Assembly (NCBI GenBank): GCA_902599625.1
Contig: CACKGF010000002.1
Span: forward strand, 177,829-241,828
Length of the DNA stretch: 64,000 nucleotides
Reading direction: 5' to 3'
DNA from: an uncultured Pelagibacteraceae bacterium
GTDB taxonomy: Bacteria; Pseudomonadota; Alphaproteobacteria; Pelagibacterales; Pelagibacteraceae
In this document: piece after piece, positions 47,828-56,880 of the stretch
Layout of the letters: the number at the start of each line of letters is the position of its first letter
Position numbering within the stretch: the first letter of the stretch is position 1
Position numbers and translations under genes: made by a program
The notes under the pieces: generated by a model
Told to the model about the DNA's origin: nothing
Database searches by the model: none
What the model saw: the letters and a program-made list of their open reading frames with translations, nothing else

Positions 47828-47938
47828 CATTAAATTGAGCATTTAAGGGATTCTTCCCCTAGTGTAAAGAAAATAATTGATAAAAATCAATGTTCCCAAG
47901 CTCTTGATATTTTAAAAATAAACTCCATATAGATCACA

Positions 47939-48499
47939 ATGAACGTCCAAAACGTAAAAAATATAAGCCAATTTGAAGACAAATCTCTTCTAATCGTGGA
48001 TGATGACAATCCTTTTAGAGAGCGCTTAGCTAGGGCTATGGAAAAGAAGGGATTTAAAGTTTCACAAGCTGAAGGTGTAAAAAAAGGAATTGATGCTGTT
48101 AAAACAAATAAACCTGCTTTTGCAGTAGTGGACTTAAGGCTTGGTGATGGTAACGGATTGGAAGTTGTAAAAGAAATTCAAAATTCTAATGCAGATAGTA
48201 GAATTGTGATGTTAACAGGCTATGGGAATATTCCAACAGCTGTTGCTGCAATCAAACAAGGTGCAATTGACTATCTTGCTAAACCAGCTGATGCTGACGA
48301 CGTTGAAAAAGCACTTTTAGCAGATCCAAATAGAAAAGCTGACCCACCAGATAACCCTATGTCTGCAGATAGAGTTAAGTGGGAACATATCCATAGAGTA
48401 TTTGAATTATGTAATAGAAATGTTTCTGAAACAGCTAGAAGACTAAAAATGCATCGTAGAACTCTTCAGAGAATTTTATCAAAAAGATCGCCTAGATAA
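47939..48499 (+). CDS. regA: redox-responsive response regulator RegA/ActR/PrrA family
   Basis: 186-aa ORF with a receiver domain (LLIVDDD, VVDLRLGDG) and the nearly invariant RegA HTH NVSETARRLKMHRRTLQRILSKRSPR. Confidence 0.9.
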   Translation: MNVQNVKNISQFEDKSLLIVDDDNPFRERLARAMEKKGFKVSQAEGVKKGIDAVKTNKPAFAVVDLRLGDGNGLEVVKEIQNSNADSRIVMLTGYGNIPTAVAAIKQGAIDYLAKPADADDVEKALLADPNRKADPPDNPMSADRVKWEHIHRVFELCNRNVSETARRLKMHRRTLQRILSKRSPR

Positions 48500-49043
48500 A
48501 CTTTTTAAAAAAATCGACTTTTGTAGAAATTATAACTAATAGAAAGATTTTAAATAATTCTGCTAGTAAAAAAGGTTTTGCTCCTAGATCAAAAATTGGT
48601 TTATCCCAACCAATTAAAATTCCTAACCAAATAAGTCCCAATACATAAATTGGCAAAACTGAGAAAATAATTTTTACAAAATTTAAAAGATAGTTTTTAT
48701 TAAAATTAAATTTTCCAGCCACGTAAACCGCTATTATAAAACCCAAAAGATATCCCATCGTTGGACCTGTAAAATAAATCATACCAACACCTTTTTCTGG
48801 AGAATTAGAAAAAACTGGTATTCCAACAATGCCTTCAATTAAATAAAGCGCAACTGTAGCCAAACCCAATTTATAACCAAAACACATTCCTAAAAATATT
48901 ACAACGAATGTCTGCATTGTCATTGGAACCGGGTAAAACGGTATTTTTACTTTTGCTGAAATCGTTAACAAAATTGTTCCTAAAAAAACAATAATAGCTT
49001 TTTTAATTACTTTGTTGTTTTGAATTAGCTTAACAGTTTCCAT
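48492..49043 (-). CDS. bioY: biotin transporter BioY
   Basis: 183-aa six-TM ORF with PVPMTMQTF, GIPVFS and GPTMGYLLGF, typical of BioY. Confidence 0.87.
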   Translation of the reverse strand: METVKLIQNNKVIKKAIIVFLGTILLTISAKVKIPFYPVPMTMQTFVVIFLGMCFGYKLGLATVALYLIEGIVGIPVFSNSPEKGVGMIYFTGPTMGYLLGFIIAVYVAGKFNFNKNYLLNFVKIIFSVLPIYVLGLIWLGILIGWDKPIFDLGAKPFLLAELFKIFLLVIISTKVDFFKKFI

Positions 49044-49075
49044 AATTTTATAATATATTAATTTAAGTTTTTAAT

Positions 49076-49993
49076 CTAGTTATTTGTTAAATTCACAAAA
49101 ACGTCCTCTAAATCTGGGTCCTCAGATTTAATATCTTTAATCACTATTCCCTGATTTTCTAATAACTTGATTATTTTTTGTATATTAAATTCTTGTTTAT
49201 TATATTCTATTTTAAATTCTAAATCTGTATTGGTTAAAATATTAAAATCTTTATTGTTTATACCATCTAAAACTATTCTCTTATTAATTTCAAATTTAAG
49301 GGTTTTTGTTTGAATCTTATTTAACATATTTTCGGTTGTATCTAATGCTATAAGATTACCTTTATGAATTATACCTACTCTGTCGCACAATTCCTCAGCC
49401 TCTTGAAGATAGTGTGTAGTCAGAATAATTGTTACTCCAAGTTTTCTTAGGGATCTAATATTATCCCACAAATTTTTTCTAAGTTCGACATCAACACCTG
49501 CAGTTGGTTCATCTAGTATAATTATTGGTGGTTTATGGACTAAAGCTTTCGCTATCAATAATCTTCTCTTCATACCTCCTGATAAATTTCTTGTATAACT
49601 ATTTGATTTATCTTTTAAGGCAACTAGATCAAGGACAGTATCTGTTATCCTATCTTTTTTTTTTACACCAAATAAACCAGCTTGAAGATCTAATAGTTTT
49701 TTTGGAGTAAAGAAAGGGTCAACGTTTATTTCTTGAGGAACAATTCCTAGCGAAACTCTAACTTGGCGTGGATTTTTATCTAAATCAAATCCCCAGACGA
49801 TTACTTCACCTGAGGTTTTATCTGTAACACCTGCAAGAATATTTATAAAAGTACTTTTTCCTGCTCCATTTGGACCAAGAAGTCCTAAAATTTCTCCTTC
49901 TTTCACCTCTAAGTTTAAATCTTTAAGTGCATGGATATTCTTCCGATAAATTTTATTTAATTTTTTAACAGAAAGTACGTTTTTTTTACTCAT
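49076..49993 (-). CDS. ABC-2-type transporter ATP-binding protein (YadG-like)
   Basis: 305-aa ORF with Walker A GPNGAGKST, signature LSGGMKRRL and Walker B IILDEPTAGVD. A ~90-aa C-terminal extension is present. Overall it resembles E. coli YadG as I recall it. Confidence 0.88.
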   Translation of the reverse strand: MSKKNVLSVKKLNKIYRKNIHALKDLNLEVKEGEILGLLGPNGAGKSTFINILAGVTDKTSGEVIVWGFDLDKNPRQVRVSLGIVPQEINVDPFFTPKKLLDLQAGLFGVKKKDRITDTVLDLVALKDKSNSYTRNLSGGMKRRLLIAKALVHKPPIIILDEPTAGVDVELRKNLWDNIRSLRKLGVTIILTTHYLQEAEELCDRVGIIHKGNLIALDTTENMLNKIQTKTLKFEINKRIVLDGINNKDFNILTNTDLEFKIEYNKQEFNIQKIIKLLENQGIVIKDIKSEDPDLEDVFVNLTNN

Positions 49994-50043
49994 TTAGATT
50001 TATAGGCTTATAACATTAAGGTAAATTAATAATAATTTAATAA

Positions 50044-52815
50044 ATGGCTGAATTAAATAAAAAAAAACATTTTTATCTTATTGATGGCTCTGGGTATATT
50101 TTTCGAGCATATTATGCTCTTCCTCCTCTATCCAGAAAGTCAGATGGGTTACCAACAGGTGCTGTCGCAGGATTTTGCAATATGCTTTTTAAATTGTTAG
50201 AGGATGCAAAATCAAAAGAAAATAAAGAGAAACCAACTCACTTCGTGGTTATTTTTGACTCTGCTAGAAAAAATTTCAGAAATGATATTTATGAGGACTA
50301 TAAAGCGAATAGATCAGACGCACCCGATGATTTGATACCTCAGTTTGAATACATTCGAAAATCTGTAGAAGCTTTTAATATTCCTGCTGTTGAAATGATT
50401 AACTATGAGGCCGACGATTTGATTGCAACTTATTCAAAACAAATTACTAAACTTGGGTCTGATGTAACCATTGTTTCATCTGATAAAGATTTAATGCAGC
50501 TTCATGACAAAAAAGTAAGAATTTACGATCCTATGAAAAATAAATTTATTAAGAAAGAGGATGTAATTGCTAAATTTGGAGTTACTTCAGATAAGGTTAT
50601 TGATGTTCAATCTTTAGCTGGTGATACAAGTGATAACGTGCCAGGTGTTCCTGGTATTGGAGTAAAAACAGCAGCAGAATTAATAAATAAATTTGGAAGT
50701 TTAGAAGAACTTCTCAAAAATGCGGAAACAATAAAGCAAAATAAAAGACGAGAAACAATTATTGAAAATAAAGATAAAGCTTTAATAAGTAAGAAACTAG
50801 TAACCTTAAAAAATGATGTACCTGTCAAAAATAAATTAGATGATTTTTTATTAAAGGAAATTGACAAAAAAAAACTCTTCAATTTTTTAAGAGATATGGA
50901 GTTTAATAGACTGCTAAGTTCAGCGATTTCAACATATGGAGAAATTGATTTTGAAAACGAAAATAAAGAACAAGTACAAAAGAAAAAAGATAATCTCTCA
51001 AAATCAGACTATAATTTGATAGGAAGCGAGGACGAATTAAAAAAATTAATACCCAAAATAGAGGAAGTCGGAGAAATTGCTATTGACACAGAAACAAACT
51101 CTCTTAACCCACATCTTGCCAAATTGGTTGGTATATCTATATCTTTTAAAATAGGTGAAGCTTATTATGTTCCTTTAAATCATTCTAATGGGAAAAATTT
51201 GGATGAAAAAAATATACTTAAAATTTTAAAGCCATTATTAGAAGATAAAACCATAAAAAAAATTGGTCAAAATATAAAATTTGATTACATAATTTTTTAT
51301 CATAGAGGCATAGAAATGAAATTTTTGGAAGACACAATGTTGATGTCTTACGTTCTAGATGCTGGAAAAAACAAACATAACATGGATGAATTATCAAAAA
51401 TACATTTAGATCATCAAACAATATCTTATAAAGACTTAGTTGGAACTGGAAAAAAACAAATTACCTTTGATGATGTAGACATTGATCAAGCAAAAGATTA
51501 TGCAGCCGAAGATGCTGATGTTACTTATAGGTTATACAAAAAATTTTTGAAAGATATCAAAGAAGAGAAATTAGTAAATATTTACGAGTCTTTTGAAAAA
51601 CCAATGATTGAAATTTTAGCTAAAATGGAAATCAGTGGAATAAAATTAGACAAAGATTTCTTATTAAAACTTTCAAAAAAATTTGAAAAAAAAATAGCTG
51701 AATTAGAAAAAGACATTTTCAAAATATCTAAAAAGAAATTTAAAATTGGTTCAACGAAACAGCTTGGTGAAATAATGTACAATGATTTAAAAATTTCAGC
51801 ATTAAAAAAAACAAAAAAAGGAAGCTTTGCCACGAGTGCCAGTGTTTTGGAAGATTTGGCATTTAAAGGACATGAATTACCTAAGTTAGTCTTAGAGTGG
51901 AGGCAAATTTCAAAGCTTCAAAATACATATTCAGACTCACTTCCAGAATTTATCAATCCTGTTTCAAAAAGAGTTCATACATCTTTTTTGTTGGCAGCAA
52001 CAACAACTGGAAGGTTAGCATCAAGTGATCCAAATTTACAAAATATTCCAATTAAGTCTGAAGATGGAAAAGAAATAAGAAAAGCCTTTATTTCAGAAAA
52101 AGGAAATTCACTTTTATCTGCTGATTATAATCAAATTGAAATGAGAATACTTTCTGATTTAGCAGATGTGAAAGAATTAAAAAAAGCGTTTAAAAATAAT
52201 GAAGATATTCATTCTTTAACAGCCAGCCAAATTTTTAACGTAGAAATTAATAAAGTCACTAAAGAGATGAGGAGAAAAGCAAAGGCAATTAACTTTGGTA
52301 TTATCTATGGTATTTCACAGTATGGACTAGCTAAACAAATTTCTGTTTCAACAGCTGATGCTGAAATTTTTCTAAAAGCGTACTTTAAAAAATTCCCTGA
52401 GATAAAAGACTACATGTCGTATACAATAAAACATTGTAGAAGGAGTGGATTTGTTAACAATATTTTTGGGAGAAAAACACACATTATAGGTATCAATGAT
52501 AAGAATTTTAATATTAGAAACTTTCAAGAAAGAGCAGCGATTAATGCACCAATACAAGGGTCAGCATCGGAATTAATGCGAATAGCGATGATAAGAATTT
52601 TTAATAAACTTAATGATGATACAAAATTTAAAACAAAATTATTGTTGCAAATTCACGATGAACTAATATTCGAAATACCTAATAACGAATTAGATAGAAT
52701 CAAAAAACTAATTAAAACAGAAATGACCAGTGTTAAATCAAGTGAGCATCACACTTTCTCTGTACCTATTCTAGTAGATGTAAATATTGGGGATAATTGG
52801 GGTATGTTGCATTAA
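50044..52815 (+). CDS. polA: DNA polymerase I
   Basis: 923-aa ORF with a 5' nuclease domain and a 3'-5' exonuclease domain (IAIDTET). Polymerase motifs are A (SADYNQIEMRIL), B (RRKAKAINFGIIYG) and C (QIHDELIFE). Confidence 0.97.
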   Translation: MAELNKKKHFYLIDGSGYIFRAYYALPPLSRKSDGLPTGAVAGFCNMLFKLLEDAKSKENKEKPTHFVVIFDSARKNFRNDIYEDYKANRSDAPDDLIPQFEYIRKSVEAFNIPAVEMINYEADDLIATYSKQITKLGSDVTIVSSDKDLMQLHDKKVRIYDPMKNKFIKKEDVIAKFGVTSDKVIDVQSLAGDTSDNVPGVPGIGVKTAAELINKFGSLEELLKNAETIKQNKRRETIIENKDKALISKKLVTLKNDVPVKNKLDDFLLKEIDKKKLFNFLRDMEFNRLLSSAISTYGEIDFENENKEQVQKKKDNLSKSDYNLIGSEDELKKLIPKIEEVGEIAIDTETNSLNPHLAKLVGISISFKIGEAYYVPLNHSNGKNLDEKNILKILKPLLEDKTIKKIGQNIKFDYIIFYHRGIEMKFLEDTMLMSYVLDAGKNKHNMDELSKIHLDHQTISYKDLVGTGKKQITFDDVDIDQAKDYAAEDADVTYRLYKKFLKDIKEEKLVNIYESFEKPMIEILAKMEISGIKLDKDFLLKLSKKFEKKIAELEKDIFKISKKKFKIGSTKQLGEIMYNDLKISALKKTKKGSFATSASVLEDLAFKGHELPKLVLEWRQISKLQNTYSDSLPEFINPVSKRVHTSFLLAATTTGRLASSDPNLQNIPIKSEDGKEIRKAFISEKGNSLLSADYNQIEMRILSDLADVKELKKAFKNNEDIHSLTASQIFNVEINKVTKEMRRKAKAINFGIIYGISQYGLAKQISVSTADAEIFLKAYFKKFPEIKDYMSYTIKHCRRSGFVNNIFGRKTHIIGINDKNFNIRNFQERAAINAPIQGSASELMRIAMIRIFNKLNDDTKFKTKLLLQIHDELIFEIPNNELDRIKKLIKTEMTSVKSSEHHTFSVPILVDVNIGDNWGMLH

Positions 52816-52830
52816 ATATTAGTGTATTGT

Positions 52831-52849
52831 CTAAATTGGGACAATTTAG
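52831..52849 (+). terminator. perfect 8-bp inverted repeat with 3-nt loop after polA / upstream of chvI (candidate terminator or operator)
   Basis: Read directly: CTAAATTG-gga-CAATTTAG followed by TATTTTTATATT. An alternative overlapping pairing is ATTGTC(52826-31)/GACAAT(52840-45). The stem is AT-rich and weak. Confidence 0.3.
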
Positions 52850-52866
52850 TATTTTTATATTAGGCT

Positions 52867-53565
52867 ATGACACAAACAATTGCACTAATAGATGATGACA
52901 GAAATATTCTTACCAGCTTAAGTATTGCCTTAGAAAAAGAGGGTTTTAAAGTCCAAACTTATTTAGATGGAGAGAGTGCGCTTATAGGATTGACAAGAAC
53001 ACCTCCAGACTTAGCAATCGTTGATATTAAAATGCCTAAAATGGATGGTGAGGAGTTACTTAAAAAATTAAGAAAAAAAAGTTCATTACCAGTAATTTTT
53101 TTAACCTCAAAAGATGAGGAAGTAGATGAACTTTTAGGTTTAAAATTAGGAGCAGATGACTTTGTAAAAAAATCTGGTGGTTTTTCAATAAAAGTTTTAG
53201 TTGAGAGAATTAGGGTTCAACTTAGAAAGAAAAATATTAGTGTAGATGATAGTAAAAATATTATTACTCATGGCAAACTCAAATTAGATCCCTCACAACT
53301 TGAGTGTGAATGGGACGGAAAACAGTTACCAGATAAATTGACAACAACAGAATTTTTAATCGTTCAAGAACTTGCTAAAAGACCGGGGATAATTAAAGAA
53401 AGAGCACAATTGATGGATATTGCGTATAGAGAAGATACTGATATCGAAGATAGAACTATTGATAGTCACGTTAAAAGAATTAGAAAAAAATTTAAAAAAA
53501 TTGACTCGAGTTTTTCCGCAATAGAAACAAGGTATGGAAGTGGCTATAGGTGGAATGTTAATTAA
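52867..53565 (+). CDS. chvI: OmpR-family response regulator, ChvI type
   Basis: 232-aa ORF. The N-terminus [27 protein letters not shown]...[13 protein letters not shown]...[25 protein letters not shown] closely parallels rhizobial ChvI as I recall it. A winged-helix C-terminus is present. Confidence 0.85.
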   Translation: MTQTIALIDDDRNILTSLSIALEKEGFKVQTYLDGESALIGLTRTPPDLAIVDIKMPKMDGEELLKKLRKKSSLPVIFLTSKDEEVDELLGLKLGADDFVKKSGGFSIKVLVERIRVQLRKKNISVDDSKNIITHGKLKLDPSQLECEWDGKQLPDKLTTTEFLIVQELAKRPGIIKERAQLMDIAYREDTDIEDRTIDSHVKRIRKKFKKIDSSFSAIETRYGSGYRWNVN

Positions 53566-55103
53566 TGTTTTCTTCACTCATTAAAAACCTCTCTATTCTT
53601 AAAAAATTTTTATTCATCAATCTTTTAATCTTTATATTTATCGGTACATTGACCATAATCTACCTTAATTACGTTCAACCAAACTTAATTAAAAAAAAAA
53701 CATCTCTCCAAATTGAAGTTATAAATAATACAATTAATAATCTTAATAGACTAAATATTGAATTTGAAAAAAACGAGGTTAAAAAATTTTTATTGTCGAC
53801 AAGATTTTTATTTCAAAATCTTGATAGGGTTATTTTTTTTGATGAGTCATTCAAGATTTTAGCAGACACAGATACACTCGATCTTGACCCAAGATCATTT
53901 TCATCAAGAATTGAAATCGTTGAATTTGATTTACAAAATAACCAAGATAAAGAAAAATCTACAGATGAATTAATTAATTCAGAAAAAAAGAGTGAATTTG
54001 AAGAAACACTTCAAGAATATTCAATATCTGATAATTACGGTAAGCCCGTCACTTTTACAAATGAAACTTATAATAAATTTAAATTATCAACGATAAAGAA
54101 TGTTTTGATTGATGATGAAAATGTTGGGTATATTCTGATATCTCAAAATGCCAATGATGTAAAAACAGCAATCAATGAAAGAAAAACCTTTGTAATTCGT
54201 ACGGCAATATTAATCGCAGTTGTAATCTTTATTTTTTCATTAGTGTTAAATAGATATTTTTTAAAACCAATTAAAAATCTTGTTAATTACACTGAAAATA
54301 TAAAAGAAAAGAGTAAAAAGAAAATAGATATTAAAAGTTTAATAAAACGAAATGATGAACTGGGAACTTTGTCGTTATCTTTAGATGAAATGACAAATGA
54401 ATTACAAAAACGAGTAAATACAGCTGAAAACTTCTCTACAGATTTAGTTCATGAAATTAGAAATCCTTTAGCTTCACTTAAAAGTGCATCTGAATTATTA
54501 GAAGTTACTAACAGCAACCCTGAAAAGGAAAAATTAACAAAAATTTTGACTCACGATGTAGAGAGAATTGAAAGATTAATAACTGATTATTCCCAGATGC
54601 TTAAAGATGAAGTTGCGATCACAAGGGAAAGCATGAAAATTTTAGACTTAAAAAAAATTGCTGACTCTGTTGTTGATGACTTTAACGCTATATACAATAC
54701 AAAACGGGGTATTAATATAGATTTACAGTTTAAAAATTCTGGCGAAAAATTTAATATTAAAGGTATTGAAAATAGGATTGAACAAGTCTTAGCAAACCTT
54801 CTTGAAAATTCCATTTCATTTAGCAAAGATAATCAGAATATTGTAGTCAAACTCTCACAGAAAAAAGATGGAAAAATTTCTCTTAGTGTAATTGATGAAG
54901 GAATTGGGTTTAAAGAAAAAAATACGGACAAGATTTTTAAAAGATTTTATAGCAACAGACCAGATAAATTTGGTGAACACTCTGGATTAGGATTGAATAT
55001 TGTTAAAAATCTAGTAGATCTTCATGGAGGTCAAGTAATCGCATCTAATAATGTTAATAAAAAGGGAGCAAAAGTAGAAATTATTTTTCCAAAATTAAAT
55101 TGA
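53565..55103 (+). CDS. chvG: sensor histidine kinase, ChvG/ExoS type
   Basis: 512-aa ORF with two TM segments flanking a ~170-aa periplasmic region and a HAMP domain. It has the H-box LVHEIRNPLASL, N-box NLLENSISF, G1 DEGIGF and G2 GLGLNIV. Its start shares one base with the chvI stop (TAATG). Confidence 0.75.
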   Translation: MFSSLIKNLSILKKFLFINLLIFIFIGTLTIIYLNYVQPNLIKKKTSLQIEVINNTINNLNRLNIEFEKNEVKKFLLSTRFLFQNLDRVIFFDESFKILADTDTLDLDPRSFSSRIEIVEFDLQNNQDKEKSTDELINSEKKSEFEETLQEYSISDNYGKPVTFTNETYNKFKLSTIKNVLIDDENVGYILISQNANDVKTAINERKTFVIRTAILIAVVIFIFSLVLNRYFLKPIKNLVNYTENIKEKSKKKIDIKSLIKRNDELGTLSLSLDEMTNELQKRVNTAENFSTDLVHEIRNPLASLKSASELLEVTNSNPEKEKLTKILTHDVERIERLITDYSQMLKDEVAITRESMKILDLKKIADSVVDDFNAIYNTKRGINIDLQFKNSGEKFNIKGIENRIEQVLANLLENSISFSKDNQNIVVKLSQKKDGKISLSVIDEGIGFKEKNTDKIFKRFYSNRPDKFGEHSGLGLNIVKNLVDLHGGQVIASNNVNKKGAKVEIIFPKLN

Positions 55104-55118
55104 TATATTGAATAAATT

Positions 55119-55137
55119 ATCTTTTAATGTAAAAGAT
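55119..55137 (+). terminator. perfect 8-bp inverted repeat with 3-nt loop after chvG / upstream of ahcY
   Basis: Read directly: ATCTTTTA-atg-TAAAAGAT, 16 nt after the chvG stop. Only TT follows, so it is a weak terminator candidate. Confidence 0.25.
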
Positions 55138-55145
55138 TTGCAAAA

Positions 55146-56432
55146 ATGAGTGATTATAAAGTAAAAGATATCAAGCTAGCTGAATTCGGTAGAAAAGAAA
55201 TTTCTCTTGCCGAGACTGAAATGCCTGGACTTATGGCATTAAGAAAAGAATACAAAGGAAAGTTTCCTTTAAAAGGAGCTAGAATTTTGGGTTGTCTGCA
55301 CATGACAATTCAAACCGCTGTACTTATTGAGACATTGGTAGCTCTTGGTGCAGAGTGTAGATGGTCATCATGCAATATTTTTTCAACACAAGATCATGCG
55401 GCTGCAGCGATAGCAAAAGCTGGAATACCTGTGTTTGCTTGGAAAGGTGAAACCGAGGAAGAGTATTGGTGGTGTGTAAAGCAAACAATCGAAGGTAAAA
55501 AAGATTGGAAGCCAAACATGATTTTAGATGATGGCGGTGACTTAACAGCTCTAATGCATAAAGATTACAAACATTTAATGAAAGATATTAAAGGTCTGTC
55601 AGAAGAGACAACGACAGGTGTTCTAGCATTAAAAAAGATGGAGAGTGAAGGGACATTATTAGTGCCGGCAATAAATGTTAATGACTCAGTGACAAAATCA
55701 AAATTTGATAATTTGTATGGTTGCAGGGAAAGTTTGGTCGACGGAATTAAAAGAGCTACAGATGTAATGATGTCGGGTAAAGTGGCAATTGTTGCAGGAT
55801 TCGGTGATGTTGGTAAAGGTAGTGCAGCCTCATTGAGGCAATCTGGAGCAAGAGTTATGATTACTGAAACTGATCCAATATGCGCCTTACAGGCAGCAAT
55901 GGAAGGTTATGAAGTAGTCTTAATGGATGAAATGATTAAAGAGGCTGACATAGTTGTTACTGCGACTGGCAACAAAGATATCATTACAGCAGATCATATG
56001 AGAGATATGAAGGATAGAGCGATACTATGTAATATTGGACACTTTGATAATGAAATCCAAGTTGAGGCATTAAAAAATTATAAGTGGGATGAAATTAAAC
56101 CACAAGTACACGAAATAGAGTTACCAAGCAAAAAAAGAATTATTCTTTTAGCTGAAGGTAGACTTGTAAATCTTGGATGTGCAACAGGGCACCCAAGTTT
56201 TGTAATGAGTGCATCTTTTACAAATCAAGTCACTGCTCAAATAGAACTTTGGAATAATTCATCTAAATATGAAAAAAAGGTTTATGTTTTACCAAAACAT
56301 CTTGATGAAAAAGTAGCTATGTTACACCTAGAGAAAGTGGGCGCAAAATTAACAAAACTTTCAAAAGAACAGGCTGATTATATTAGCGTAAAACAAGAAG
56401 GGCCATATAAGCCAGATGCTTACCGCTACTAA
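55146..56432 (+). CDS. ahcY: S-adenosyl-L-homocysteine hydrolase
   Basis: 428-aa ORF starting [32 protein letters not shown], with NAD motif GFGDVGKG and HFDNEI. Confidence 0.97.
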   Translation: MSDYKVKDIKLAEFGRKEISLAETEMPGLMALRKEYKGKFPLKGARILGCLHMTIQTAVLIETLVALGAECRWSSCNIFSTQDHAAAAIAKAGIPVFAWKGETEEEYWWCVKQTIEGKKDWKPNMILDDGGDLTALMHKDYKHLMKDIKGLSEETTTGVLALKKMESEGTLLVPAINVNDSVTKSKFDNLYGCRESLVDGIKRATDVMMSGKVAIVAGFGDVGKGSAASLRQSGARVMITETDPICALQAAMEGYEVVLMDEMIKEADIVVTATGNKDIITADHMRDMKDRAILCNIGHFDNEIQVEALKNYKWDEIKPQVHEIELPSKKRIILLAEGRLVNLGCATGHPSFVMSASFTNQVTAQIELWNNSSKYEKKVYVLPKHLDEKVAMLHLEKVGAKLTKLSKEQADYISVKQEGPYKPDAYRY

Positions 56433-56880
56433 TCGTAGCAATATTAAAATTTCTAAAGAAATTGAATTAAAAAAATTTTCTGAGAAAACTTCTAGATTTG
56501 TAAAAAAATTTAAAACAATTTTTTTATATGGAGAACTTGGAGTTGGAAAAACTACATTTGTAAAATATTTAATCAATAATCTGCAAAAAAAGGAAAAAAC
56601 CAAGATTACAGAAATACCGAGTCCAACATTTAATATAGTTTATGAGTACCGGATCAAAAAAAAAAGAATACAACATTTTGATTTGTATAGATTAAAAAAT
56701 AAGAAAGAATGTCTAAATATTGGTCTTTTTGAAGATGATAATGTGATTTCAATAATTGAATGGCCAGAAAAAGTACATTTTAAACCCAAAAAAAGGATAG
56801 AAATTTATTTCAAATATTTTGATAATTATAATTCAAGGCTATTAAAAATTAAATTTTTTGGAAAAAATGAGGTTAAATAA
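56416..56880 (+). CDS. tsaE: tRNA t6A37 biosynthesis ATPase TsaE
   Basis: 154-aa ORF with the P-loop [10 protein letters not shown], plus SPTF and HFDLYRL motifs. It overlaps the ahcY 3' end by 17 nt. Confidence 0.85.
   Translation: MLTATNRSNIKISKEIELKKFSEKTSRFVKKFKTIFLYGELGVGKTTFVKYLINNLQKKEKTKITEIPSPTFNIVYEYRIKKKRIQHFDLYRLKNKKECLNIGLFEDDNVISIIEWPEKVHFKPKKRIEIYFKYFDNYNSRLLKIKFFGKNEVK

Noticed and set aside
47877-47890. TTGAT-AAAA-ATCAA palindrome upstream of regA, considered as an operator.
   Set aside because: A 5-bp AT-rich palindrome is expected by chance at this base composition, and it does not resemble the GC-rich RegA-type sites I recall. It is mentioned only as context in the regA finding.
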